NCBI GenBank assembly: GCA_018674305.1
Contig: JABHAL010000007.1
Location: 6,976 to 70,975, forward strand
DNA from: Candidatus Falkowbacteria bacterium
GTDB taxonomy: Bacteria; Patescibacteriota; Patescibacteriia; UBA11705; JABHMO01
Direction: 5' to 3'
Length of the DNA: 64,000 bases
Each line of letters begins with the position of its first letter. Within the stretch, counting starts at the first letter, position 1. A program made the position numbers and the translations under genes. Below, one piece after another: positions 20,333 through 32,010 of this stretch. Below the pieces are notes generated by a model, which was given only the letters and a program-made list of their open reading frames with translations, was not told where the DNA came from and searched no databases.

Positions 20333-20459
20333 AGAGTAAGTTGCACCGGACTTGCTCTTTTTTATTTAGCACAAAGTGGTCCCGTTGGGACAAAAAAACT
20401 GCCTTTGCTCTGTTGAGCTCCGGCAGGCAGACGAACCTTGTAAAATTCGTTATTCAAAT

Positions 20460-20696
20460 TTAAACTTTTTGATTTTCCTGCAAATCATCTTCGACATGAG
20501 GCCCATTATCAAGAAAACTCCAAAGATAGGTACCAATCAAGATGACCGCACCAAGAACGATTGGCCAAATAAAGCAAAGTAAAACCATTGCCAAATCAAC
20601 AAAAACGTTTGACTCTTTGGTTATCTGTGACCTGACAATATGAGTGTAACAAAGGACAATTCCAACTAACCATGTGAACAATAATATTGTATTCAA
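20460..20696 (-). CDS. small membrane protein
   Basis: 78 aa, two hydrophobic segments, GAGGAGG SD before TTG start. Confidence 0.55.
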   Translation of the reverse strand: MNTILLFTWLVGIVLCYTHIVRSQITKESNVFVDLAMVLLCFIWPIVLGAVILIGTYLWSFLDNGPHVEDDLQENQKV

Positions 20697-20774
20697 TGGG
20701 TCCTCCTCTTGAGTTTATAAAGTCAAAAGTTTGTAAAGTTTATAAAGTTAGACTGACAATAAAACTATCTAATT

Positions 20775-21311
20775 CTACTTTACCAAAACCACATCACTAT
20801 ATTCTACTTTTAACTTTTCTAAGACTTCATCAATATTTTCCAAATCTGAATATTTAACTCGGGCAATATACGTCACTTCATCAGAAATTATTTTGTTGTT
20901 CTGAAAATTTTCAATTGACAAATCCTTCAATTCAGGAAAATCCTCTAGAAATGTTTTTATTAGCTTATCAGTTTGTTCTTTATTTGACAATCCTAACGAA
21001 TCTTTGAAATAAATATAGCCAGTAACTATTTCAAATTGCAATTGTTCTACCTGTATAGCTTCAGCCGCCTTCTCTTTCTTTAGTCTCTCTGCTTCCTGTT
21101 CAATTAAACTTGATAAATATTCGCCCACTTCTGCATTATCATTTTTCCAGGTTTCAACATAAAAACCACCGTCCTCATAAGCTGAAAGATCAATTTGTGG
21201 TGCTTTTGCCAAATTTCTGCCGTGCATTAAATTCCAACCATAAATTATCAGGCCGGAAGTGACTACCACCACAATAAAAATTTTTATGAATGTATCAAAA
21301 GGTTTCTCCAT
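20775..21311 (-). CDS. hypothetical membrane-anchored protein
   Basis: 178 aa, N-terminal TM. Confidence 0.7.
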   Translation of the reverse strand: MEKPFDTFIKIFIVVVVTSGLIIYGWNLMHGRNLAKAPQIDLSAYEDGGFYVETWKNDNAEVGEYLSSLIEQEAERLKKEKAAEAIQVEQLQFEIVTGYIYFKDSLGLSNKEQTDKLIKTFLEDFPELKDLSIENFQNNKIISDEVTYIARVKYSDLENIDEVLEKLKVEYSDVVLVK

Positions 21312-21421
21312 ATATAATTAGACAATTACACTAATTGACCTAAACAGCTCCTAATAAACAATAACCGGTCCACAAGTTAACTTGGCGTTTATAGCTGGGG
21401 CATTATTTAGAGTAATTTTCA

Positions 21422-22495
21422 CTACTGAATCATTTGCTCAAGATCCTCCTCCACTACAACTTTAGGAAAATGATCTGGAACTACTTCAATCCAAGTCTTC
21501 CCACTATTAAATAATATTTCCTGACCAGATTGATTATAAAATCTAGTTCGTGAGGTTAAATTTGGTCGCTTCCAGGTCGCCTGTATAACTTGGCCATCTA
21601 GAAAAACTATTGCCTTAGCTGAACCAATGGTCGTAGTTTTTCGCCGGCCATAACTATCAATTACTGTACTTTCGGTATAAATAATGGCAATATTTTTTGC
21701 TTTAATCTTTGCACCATCACTATCTTCGTGCTCTTGGCCAGCTTGGTACCGTTGGTAGTTATTGTTTTCTCTATCGTAATACCAATCTATCGTAAAATCT
21801 CTAGTGGCAAAATCAACAGTAATCTTTTTTGTTTTACCTCTTTGTACTAATTCTGTATCTGGTTTAAATTTCCAACTTTCAAAATCATAGGCAGGTTGCC
21901 AACCTTTATTGTCCACGGCTTTGGTAATCAATTCACTAGAAGTATATACATTATGTGGCTGGCGCCTCAACCAAGAACGCCAAAAATATTGGCCTGAAGA
22001 AAACTCATTCAAATCAAAAGAATAAACCTTACTAATTAAATCCAGAGCTTCATTACTACCACCAACATGCACATATGGCCCATTGAACTCTCTAGCCCAA
22101 TCAACATAAAACGGTCGGGCGGAACGGACAGGGCCAATTTTCTCAATCACTTTATCAGCACTAAAAACTGCTAAAAATCGGGTTATTGGCGACTCTACAA
22201 TTGCTTCATAAACCAGGCTCGCTTCAGCCAAGCCACTGGGTGGACGTGAATCAACATGATTTTCTATCATCACCGCATAAACACCGGGCTCTTCATCCTC
22301 CGTAAAACACAAACCATCAATTTTTTTAATTTTTTCACAAATATCTAAAGTTTGCTGAATAATTTCATTAATTTCAGATTGATCTTGCTGTTGTTTTCTT
22401 CTTTCTTTTTGTAAATACAACAAACCTGTAACTGCCAAACCGACGATTACTAAAATCAACACACCTGTTATATAAAATTTAAATTTCTTATCCAT
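21422..22495 (-). CDS. DUF3048 domain protein
   Basis: AVMIEN..SRP.SGL..A.LVYE..VE..ITRF, IGPVRSARP, PHNVY. Confidence 0.88.
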   Translation of the reverse strand: MDKKFKFYITGVLILVIVGLAVTGLLYLQKERRKQQQDQSEINEIIQQTLDICEKIKKIDGLCFTEDEEPGVYAVMIENHVDSRPPSGLAEASLVYEAIVESPITRFLAVFSADKVIEKIGPVRSARPFYVDWAREFNGPYVHVGGSNEALDLISKVYSFDLNEFSSGQYFWRSWLRRQPHNVYTSSELITKAVDNKGWQPAYDFESWKFKPDTELVQRGKTKKITVDFATRDFTIDWYYDRENNNYQRYQAGQEHEDSDGAKIKAKNIAIIYTESTVIDSYGRRKTTTIGSAKAIVFLDGQVIQATWKRPNLTSRTRFYNQSGQEILFNSGKTWIEVVPDHFPKVVVEEDLEQMIQ

Positions 22496-22557
22496 TTTGT
22501 TAAATTAAAAGTGCTCCATTATCTTCTATAATAGAGCACTTTAATATTCGAAGCAAA

Positions 22558-23247
22558 TTATTCTTTTTTATCTTCAGCTACAGGGTCTGAGCCTTCACTC
22601 TTTTCCTCAGCACTATCACCTTCAGTTTTATCACCTTCTTCAGCATCCTCCGCCTGTTCCTCTGCAACCTTAACCTCAGCTTCTGTAGGTTTTTCCTCAA
22701 CAGTTGGTGGTGCAACCAAGGCAACAACTTCTTCTAGGTCAGCCAAAATCTCAACCGTGTCTGGTAAATTCAAATCTTTAATTTTAATCCTGTCTTCAAA
22801 AGTCTTCAAAAGACCAAGATCAACTTTAACCTCTGAAACGATATCTCTTGGCAGGCAACGAATAGTTACGCTGTCCAAATTAGTAATCAAAATTCCACTA
22901 TGAACCTTTTCTGCTGGGGCTTCGCCAACCAACACAATTTGAGCTTCAATTTCCAATTTTTGACCACGCTTAATTTGATACAAGTCAACATGTAAAAACA
23001 TTGTCTTAACAGGATCAGAACTGACATCTTTTACTAAAACTTCTCGCGGCTCTTTTTCTCCTTCAATAGAAAGATTGATTAATGAACTTTCTCCTGCTTT
23101 TTCATAAAGCTTATCAAAGTCAACAGCACTTAAGTGGATCAAAACATTTTCCTTAAGTTCAGGACCATAAACAACAGCTGGAATTTGCCCTTCTGGTCTT
23201 ACCTCTGCCTTTTGGTCTCTTTTTTTAGCTTTTAATTCGTATACCAT
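22558..23247 (-). CDS. rplY: 50S ribosomal protein L25 (CTC form)
   Basis: IPAVVYG, HVDLY, acidic C-terminal tail. Confidence 0.93.
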   Translation of the reverse strand: MVYELKAKKRDQKAEVRPEGQIPAVVYGPELKENVLIHLSAVDFDKLYEKAGESSLINLSIEGEKEPREVLVKDVSSDPVKTMFLHVDLYQIKRGQKLEIEAQIVLVGEAPAEKVHSGILITNLDSVTIRCLPRDIVSEVKVDLGLLKTFEDRIKIKDLNLPDTVEILADLEEVVALVAPPTVEEKPTEAEVKVAEEQAEDAEEGDKTEGDSAEEKSEGSDPVAEDKKE

Positions 23248-23254
23248 ATTAATA

Positions 23255-23566
23255 TTATTTTATTAATTGTTTAGCTTGTAATTTTTTATAAAAATCCAGT
23301 AAATCATCTGACACTAATGGGCCACGATGAATAAATTTTATGATCTCCTCTGAATTTAACTCCGTCAATACACCAACTAAATTAATACCCTGTTCCGATG
23401 TTGACAGCAAAACGACTACGGCGCCATGACAGCTTTTACATTCAATATGTAACATCTGACCTTGATCGGTTTCCTCAATCATTTTGATTGTTGCTGGAAA
23501 CTGCTTTTTTTTGCAAACCGGACACTCAGCAATTAATTTAGAATTTTTAAATTGCTCAAAAATCAT
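23255..23566 (-). CDS. hypothetical zinc-ribbon protein
   Basis: CPVC ... HIECKSC motifs. Confidence 0.7.
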   Translation of the reverse strand: MIFEQFKNSKLIAECPVCKKKQFPATIKMIEETDQGQMLHIECKSCHGAVVVLLSTSEQGINLVGVLTELNSEEIIKFIHRGPLVSDDLLDFYKKLQAKQLIK

Positions 23567-23703
23567 ATAAAACTAAGAGTTTGTTTTTATTTTAGGGACT
23601 GTTTCCGAATACAAGTCTGTACTCTCCTCGCTTTTAATCCCCTATAAGTCAAACAGGATTGTAACAAAAAAACAAAATCTTGTCAAATGTGTTAATTAAC
23701 TAT

Positions 23704-24798
23704 TTATCGGTGAACAGCAACACTTTCAGCAAGGCCAACCATTATTAAACAGGCTATCAAAAAACTGCCTCCATAACTTAAAAAGGGTAAAGAAATTCCC
23801 ATAACTGGCATGATCCCCATATTCATTCCAACATTTACCATTATATGCAGAAAAAATATAACCATTACACCAAGGACAATAAATAAGCCAAAATCATTAC
23901 GTGCTTGTTTGGCGATCTTAATCAAACGATAAAAGATTAACCCACAAAGACCCAACACTAAAGATACCCCAAACAACCCCAACTCTTCAGCAATTACAGC
24001 AAATATAAAATCTGTTTGAGCTTCTGGGATAAAACGCAACTGACTCTGCGATCCGAAACCCAATCCCCGACCCCACAAACGCCCTGAGCCAATACCGATA
24101 ATTGACTGGGATACATTATAACCACCACCCAAGGGATCAAGCTGTGGATTAATAAAAACCATTATTCTCTCTTTTTGGTAATCTTCCAAAAATAACACCC
24201 AGGACAACATAGAAAACACAACAGCTATAATTAACAAGACCACAATATACTTTTTATCGACCCCTGTTAAAACTAACAAAATGAACCAACAACCAGCCAA
24301 AATCAAAGTAGACCCTAAATCTGGTTGAAACATGACCGGAATCGCCATTGCTAAAAATATCCCCAGACTAACAATTACATGCTTACTGGAATTGAACCGC
24401 TGGAAACGATTACTAAAAAATTTAGCCAATAAAATTATTAATGCAACTTTTGCTAATTCAACAGGTTGTAATCCCAAGCCACCAATTGAAAACCAACCCC
24501 TAGTACCGCGAACCGTCGTTCCTATAAATAATACCAGAGTCAACATTGACAAAATTGCTACAAAAATCAAACGACTATGCACCCACCAACTAGAATAGTT
24601 TATTAAACTAATAATAAATAGTAAAAGAAAACCTATTACTCCAAAAACTATCTGTTTATTAAAATCATTAAAATCCGCTTGCTCTTGACTAAGACTAACG
24701 CTATAAATTGCTGCCAAACCTAAACAAAATAACAAAAGAACACCCAGACACAATAGCCAGTCAAATTTCTGAAAATCCTGGATGATTCTTTTGAACAT
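23704..24798 (-). CDS. rodA: rod shape-determining SEDS protein RodA
   Basis: QPVELAK, QPDLG, YQKERI, PEAQTDFIF, LPFLSYGGS. Confidence 0.92.
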   Translation of the reverse strand: MFKRIIQDFQKFDWLLCLGVLLLFCLGLAAIYSVSLSQEQADFNDFNKQIVFGVIGFLLLFIISLINYSSWWVHSRLIFVAILSMLTLVLFIGTTVRGTRGWFSIGGLGLQPVELAKVALIILLAKFFSNRFQRFNSSKHVIVSLGIFLAMAIPVMFQPDLGSTLILAGCWFILLVLTGVDKKYIVVLLIIAVVFSMLSWVLFLEDYQKERIMVFINPQLDPLGGGYNVSQSIIGIGSGRLWGRGLGFGSQSQLRFIPEAQTDFIFAVIAEELGLFGVSLVLGLCGLIFYRLIKIAKQARNDFGLFIVLGVMVIFFLHIMVNVGMNMGIMPVMGISLPFLSYGGSFLIACLIMVGLAESVAVHR

Positions 24799-24875
24799 AA
24801 TTAGGGATTCCTAAAAGATGGAGTATTAACTCCATCTTAGCTAAATATCATAAATTTGTATAGGGACATTTTAGG

Positions 24876-25754
24876 CTATGGCAGATCAACCTCAAAACTC
24901 TTGAAAACATCTGGATTAAGAATATTTATATCAGGTACAATTTTCAAATCGACACCACGAGGAATGGCTTGAAAAATGTTTAGACTTTCTGTTTTTTGCT
25001 CTCCCGAATTAATACTATCCAAGATAGTTTGAGTAACTGCGATCACCTTGTCACGCTTCAATACGAATACGACAAATCGCGGCTGCCAAAAGTTATAAGC
25101 GCTTTTATTAATTACATCAAAACGCATATTCGCTATGTCTTCTTTTTTACTTAGCCCACTCTGTTTAGCGGCCAATATTTCAATATTTTCAAATGAAAAA
25201 TTTAAAAATTTATTTCTGGTCTCTTCGTAATCAAATACTTTCAACCATTTAACATTTTCAACTATTAAATTGGCAGAATTGACGATTCCCTGGGATTTAA
25301 AACCTAAATTGAGCACGTACTTTGTTTGTTCTGGTAAAACAAAATCAGTTTTTATTTCTGTTTTTTCGTCATCACCTAATATAAAATAGTAATCAAATGA
25401 TTCAATATACCAACGCTGATTCGGATTATAAACTTCCGTATACAAATCGTACATATTTTCACCAGTTTTGATTACCTCCGTTTCCAGGACTTGAAGATCT
25501 GAAGGATTATTCAATTCTACCAAAAGTTGTTGGTTTAATTTATTTTTACTAATGTCAGCTAAAAGTGCCTCACGACTGCTAGCATCTGTACCATAATAAT
25601 CAATTATTCCCTTAATACCAAAAACTAACAAGGAGCCAGCTAATATAGCTAAAATAAAAATTCCAAGCTTGCGTAGCAAAACCCGATGCGTTACATACCA
25701 ATAACCAGCCTTGAGCTGATCATCTGATAAATTGTTATAAATATTATTTGGCAT
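24876..25754 (-). CDS. hypothetical membrane-anchored protein
   Basis: long ORF, N-terminal TM; start re-set to ATG 25754. Confidence 0.7.
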   Translation of the reverse strand: MPNNIYNNLSDDQLKAGYWYVTHRVLLRKLGIFILAILAGSLLVFGIKGIIDYYGTDASSREALLADISKNKLNQQLLVELNNPSDLQVLETEVIKTGENMYDLYTEVYNPNQRWYIESFDYYFILGDDEKTEIKTDFVLPEQTKYVLNLGFKSQGIVNSANLIVENVKWLKVFDYEETRNKFLNFSFENIEILAAKQSGLSKKEDIANMRFDVINKSAYNFWQPRFVVFVLKRDKVIAVTQTILDSINSGEQKTESLNIFQAIPRGVDLKIVPDINILNPDVFKSFEVDLP

Positions 25755-25790
25755 ACATTTTACTAAAAATATTATACCACAAACTGGAAC

Positions 25791-25843
25791 CAATACACAA
25801 TATCAAATACACAATACCCAATACACAATACCCAATACACAAT
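25791..25843. repeat. heptamer-based tandem repeat (caatac(a/c))n
   Basis: caatacacaatatcaaatacacaatacccaatacacaatacccaatacacaata. Confidence 0.85.
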
Positions 25844-26062
25844 AGAACAACTAAACAAACATTCCATTAACTGTTAAATATTTGGACAATATTGGGGCAA
25901 TACTTGAGTAATATTAATATTAGCTTATTAACTTTTTATCCCCCGAAGCTCTTCACAAAGCCATTTTTTCATGCTAAAATGTAGATGAAACAATTAATCA
26001 AAAAATTAAGAATATCCAATATTTGTATAATTTTAAATTTGTGTATTCTTGCGTTTTTATAA

Positions 26063-28186
<2,124 letters not shown>

Positions 28187-28286
28187 GAAAATGCCTCGAC
28201 GTAAGTCGGGGTTTTTTATGCGAAATGATTTCGCATAGAAACAAGTTATGTGAAATACATTTTTACTTTTTTATTCTCAAAAAATT

Positions 28287-29048
28287 ATGCCAGAAAAATT
28301 CAAACCTAATGCTGAGCGAGAACTTAGACGTGAAATAACTATCCGCACATTGACGCCTATTCAGGTCGGTGTTGAGGGTCCCAAATACATTGCTGAAGTG
28401 GAAGATCCAACATCGAAAGATCCTTATACTATGTTTGTAAAATCGATGTACGAGAGAAAAGACGCACTTCAGCAGCAAAGACAGTGGCAAGATTTAAAGG
28501 AACTCGGCATTAATGTTCCTGAAAGGGCCTGGGCTCATGAATTTAACAATGGTGCACAAACATTAGTGGCGACTGACTTGTCTGGAAATGGTAGAAGATT
28601 AGTGCTTTCATGTAATAATCCAGAGCTTAAAACTCCAGAAGGGAGAGGGGTAATAAAGACGATCCCCACCGAAACAAAGCAAATGATTAAAGATCATCTG
28701 TTATTTTCTGCAATCGCCGTTTCAGGACTTGGGCCAACACAAATTGCGAGAAGATACTCATTATCAAATGATACTTTCGCACTTGTAATAGATCCACAAC
28801 ATCCTGAAACAGCTAAGCCAGTCGCCATTGATTACGGAGTTGATTTACATGAGCCCAGACCCAACGAAGCACAACAAGATTTATTGCGTAGCAGTCTGTT
28901 TGGCGCGGGTTGTTTTTATGCAATTGTTGTTGGAGAAGAGCTAGAGTTGCCAGACGATCCAATTTTTGCTTCGGTAGATCGCGCTGCACTTAAAAAATAC
29001 TGTCAAGAAACAGTTGAATTTTTCTGGCATGAAAATGAAAAAAAGTAA
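28287..29048 (+). CDS. hypothetical protein, weak kinase-like motifs; lies just upstream of an attC-like site
   Basis: 253 aa; LKELGINVP and AIDYG resemble RIO/Bud32-type motifs. Confidence 0.6.
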   Translation: MPEKFKPNAERELRREITIRTLTPIQVGVEGPKYIAEVEDPTSKDPYTMFVKSMYERKDALQQQRQWQDLKELGINVPERAWAHEFNNGAQTLVATDLSGNGRRLVLSCNNPELKTPEGRGVIKTIPTETKQMIKDHLLFSAIAVSGLGPTQIARRYSLSNDTFALVIDPQHPETAKPVAIDYGVDLHEPRPNEAQQDLLRSSLFGAGCFYAIVVGEELELPDDPIFASVDRAALKKYCQETVEFFWHENEKK

Positions 29049-29059
29049 AAATGTACATC

Positions 29060-29179
29060 ATATAACACGCAGTATGCGGTTTCGCTCCCGTTGGTCGCTC
29101 CACTCATATTTGGCAATGGTAAGCTCCTCCGTCGCAAATTTTACCACTGCCAAACATCGCATACTGCGGAACGTTAAAC
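29060..29179 (+). mobile_element. integron attC-like recombination site (solitary)
   Basis: inverse core ATATAAC at 29060, core GTTAAAC at 29173, paired arms cgcagtatgcg/cgcatactgcg and tttggca.tggtaa/ttacca.tgccaaa; starts 12 bp after the upstream stop codon. Confidence 0.7.
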
Positions 29180-29240
29180 GAAATACCAATAAATTCTTTT
29201 CATTTTAATTTGGGGAAATTTTATTTTCACGTCAAAATAT

Positions 29241-29762
29241 ATGGCAAAATCACTTAATATAAAATTTGAAAAAGCTGTGCGAATTCTGTCAGAGTATATG
29301 CCACTGTCAGATAAAAATAGCAGAAAGCCAATTATGTTTCACGACATACGCGTTGGCGTGTATTTATATGAAAATGGTTATTCAGAAGATATTGTTTTAG
29401 CTGGCATTTTGCACGATGCGATTGAGTGGTCTGGTGCTGACGAACAATTACTGAGAGATGAGTTCGGCGATAATGTTGTACGCTTGATTTGTGCTAGTAC
29501 CAAAGATGATACGATTGCAGACAAAGAAAAAAGAACCAACGAACTGATTCAACGGTGTGTACAAAACGGGCAAGACGCTCTCATTGTTAAAACGGCTGAT
29601 ATTATTGATAGTTTCAAGTGGTATTCCAGCCAAAACAACGAGAATGAATTAAAAAAACATTGCATAAAGAATGCCAACGCTATTTTCAAGTTTAAACCGG
29701 AAGATTTTGACGATAAAATATTTAACGAATTAAAAAGTTGGCAAGAAAGGTTTGCGAATTAA
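29241..29762 (+). CDS. HD-domain protein, Mesh1/(p)ppGpp hydrolase-like
   Basis: P...H...V, LAGILHDAIE, EFG..V, ALIVKTAD. Confidence 0.8.
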   Translation: MAKSLNIKFEKAVRILSEYMPLSDKNSRKPIMFHDIRVGVYLYENGYSEDIVLAGILHDAIEWSGADEQLLRDEFGDNVVRLICASTKDDTIADKEKRTNELIQRCVQNGQDALIVKTADIIDSFKWYSSQNNENELKKHCIKNANAIFKFKPEDFDDKIFNELKSWQERFAN

Positions 29763-29907
29763 ACCGAATAAAACTTCCTTAAATACAATAAGGAATAAAT
29801 TGCGCGTGGCTGGACAAAATATTAGAGGCTTCTTTTGAGAAATAATTTTATTTTATAAAACTCATTAATTTCACTAAATTTATATAATCCCTCAACCTTT
29901 TTATAAT

Positions 29908-30627
29908 ATGCCAAAAACTGGTTTCTCAACAGGAAGTTTACGCAGAGCAAATGTTCCCTTTGATGAAAGAATCCAATTGTATCATTCATTAGGAGCGGAT
30001 GCGATTGAACTTAGCTTTGCAACACCCACTGAATTATTCGGGTATAGGTTATCAGATCAATCAAAGCAAAACATTGAAAAATTTTCGGCTGTTTCAATTC
30101 ATGCTCCATGGAAAGAACTTAGATACAATTCAGATTCTAAAACTCAGGAAATAATCAACAAACTAAAAGAATTATCTGATCAACTTCCCATTACAGGGTT
30201 AGTCTTACATCCAGATATTATTGATGATTTTAAGATATTAGAACAATCAGGATTACCATTTTTATTAGAAAACATGGACAGAAGAAAAACCTATGGGACT
30301 CATCCAGAACATTTCAACGAATTGAAAACAAAATGTGACTTTAGGTTTGTTTTGGATGTTGAACATGCATATGAACATGATCCAAGCATGAAACTTGCTA
30401 AAGAATTCGTTGAAGTTATGGGAGATAGATTAAACCACATGCACGTTAGTGGCTGTAGTGACTCAGCGGGTCATGTTCCTACTTATTGCGCTATTAACAA
30501 AAAAGAAATTACTGAAATACTAAAACTAAAATTAGCAGTACCAATAATACTAGAGGGAGCCATATTAGAAGATGTTTCAAATTCAATCTCAAAAGAACTA
30601 GATTACATTAGAAGTTTTGAAAATTAA
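29908..30627 (+). CDS. xylose-isomerase/AP-endonuclease-2-like TIM barrel protein
   Basis: SIHAP, VLHPD, LLENMD, VLDVEH, HMHVS, H.P, ILEG metal ligands. Confidence 0.75.
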   Translation: MPKTGFSTGSLRRANVPFDERIQLYHSLGADAIELSFATPTELFGYRLSDQSKQNIEKFSAVSIHAPWKELRYNSDSKTQEIINKLKELSDQLPITGLVLHPDIIDDFKILEQSGLPFLLENMDRRKTYGTHPEHFNELKTKCDFRFVLDVEHAYEHDPSMKLAKEFVEVMGDRLNHMHVSGCSDSAGHVPTYCAINKKEITEILKLKLAVPIILEGAILEDVSNSISKELDYIRSFEN

Positions 30628-30650
30628 TAAATTAACATCAACCCATACTT

Positions 30651-31136
30651 ATGCTAAAAATCAAACCATTCAAACAATCTTACGGAATGTGTGGGGCCGC
30701 TTCAATGAAGATGGTTATGGATTATTATGGAATTATTCACTCTGAAAAATATTGGGCAATGAAAATCGCCAACAAAATCGATCCAAAAACCGGTAAGATT
30801 ATCCTTTTTAACGGACTATCTGATAAGAAGATGTTGAGAATCGCTAAATCATTGGGATTTAAAGGAGTTTGGAAAGAAGAAGCCTTAATTTCAGAACTCA
30901 GAAAATACATTAGCAAAAACATTCCGGTAATCGTCAATTGGTACTCCCCTGAACAAGGCGGACATTTTTCTGTAGTCGTGGGCTTTGAAAAAAATAATAT
31001 TTTATTGGCTGACCCACACTTTGGCAAAATAAAAAAAATGTTAACTGACGATTTTAAGGACAAATGGTTTGACTTTATTGGACCACCCGCCAAAAAAAAT
31101 TTACTGGTAAGACCAATTGTTGTTTGGTACAAATAA
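30651..31136 (+). CDS. peptidase C39-like protein
   Basis: Q...CGAAS.KMV..YYG, GHFSVVVG, LADP. Confidence 0.85.
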   Translation: MLKIKPFKQSYGMCGAASMKMVMDYYGIIHSEKYWAMKIANKIDPKTGKIILFNGLSDKKMLRIAKSLGFKGVWKEEALISELRKYISKNIPVIVNWYSPEQGGHFSVVVGFEKNNILLADPHFGKIKKMLTDDFKDKWFDFIGPPAKKNLLVRPIVVWYK

Positions 31137-31191
31137 TATACTACAAAATTCCAATATCAAAAAAAACCGGCGTGAGCCGGTCTTTTTTATT

Positions 31192-31668
31192 TTATTTTTT
31201 CAATTGTCTTTTCTTCCAAAATATATATACAAATAATATTAACAAAACCGAGTAATTCCCTATCATAAACCATCCATTGCCCCAGCTAATACCTGGGAAC
31301 TTCCATTCTGATACTGGCCACAAGAATGGGGTCGGCAGAAAATCTCTGGTGTGAGTAAAAAGATCAAAAACAATTGCGATCGGCCAGGACAGCATATAAA
31401 CTGGAAATTTTTTCAGAACCAAGAACACAATCAAAATACATGCACCTGCCACAAACAAACTATGGCTGATATTATAAAGTGTGAATGTCCAATCAGGAAT
31501 ATTATTCAAATCTGGCTCACCAAACTTGCGCTCAAAAATAATTTTATAAATAGCAAAAATCAACCAAGACATTGAATCTGGTAATAGGCCGAACAATACG
31601 GCTAGCTTAACTTGTTTTAGTTTGTGAAATAAGCCATAACTCCACAAACCGTGAGCTAGATAGTCCAT
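31192..31668 (-). CDS. membrane metal-dependent hydrolase (YdjM/DUF457-like)
   Basis: MD.LAH, LLPD, SHSL, D.FTH, PFLWP motifs with TM helices. Confidence 0.75.
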   Translation of the reverse strand: MDYLAHGLWSYGLFHKLKQVKLAVLFGLLPDSMSWLIFAIYKIIFERKFGEPDLNNIPDWTFTLYNISHSLFVAGACILIVFLVLKKFPVYMLSWPIAIVFDLFTHTRDFLPTPFLWPVSEWKFPGISWGNGWFMIGNYSVLLILFVYIFWKKRQLKK

Positions 31669-31805
31669 GATTCAATTATAACATGTTCCAAAATAGTCAA
31701 CAAAAAATACCTTCATCCAACCTGTATAATCTTTACATGGTTTATTTTAGAGACAAAATTTACAATTTTAAGGTTTCGACTTTTTGACCCAAAAAGTAGC
31801 AAAAA

Positions 31806-31882
31806 GGCTGGGGCTCCACTCCTTCGACAAGCTCAGGATGACAAGTGGAGTTTACCCCGAGCCAGTCGAGGGGCCCCAGACC
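31806..31882. repeat. palindromic REP/RPE-like element
   Basis: ctggggc...gccccag outer arms, ctccact/agtggag inner arms enclosing ccttcgacaagctcaggatgac. Confidence 0.6.
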
Positions 31883-31966
31883 CCGCCCTGCTAATAATAT
31901 TCTAAGCGTCAAATCAATTAAGCAACAACCTAATTCTAATTGAAAAATGACTTGTTATTTATGAAT

Positions 31967-31998
31967 AAAAAAGCCCACTGAATTGTTCAGTGAGCTTT
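31967..31998 (-). terminator. intrinsic terminator closing the RT-array-AAA-VWA operon
   Basis: minus strand aaagctcactgaa-caa-ttcagtgggc followed by T6, 12 bp after the VWA stop. Confidence 0.8.
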
Positions 31999-32010
31999 GT
32001 AACAGTCCCA

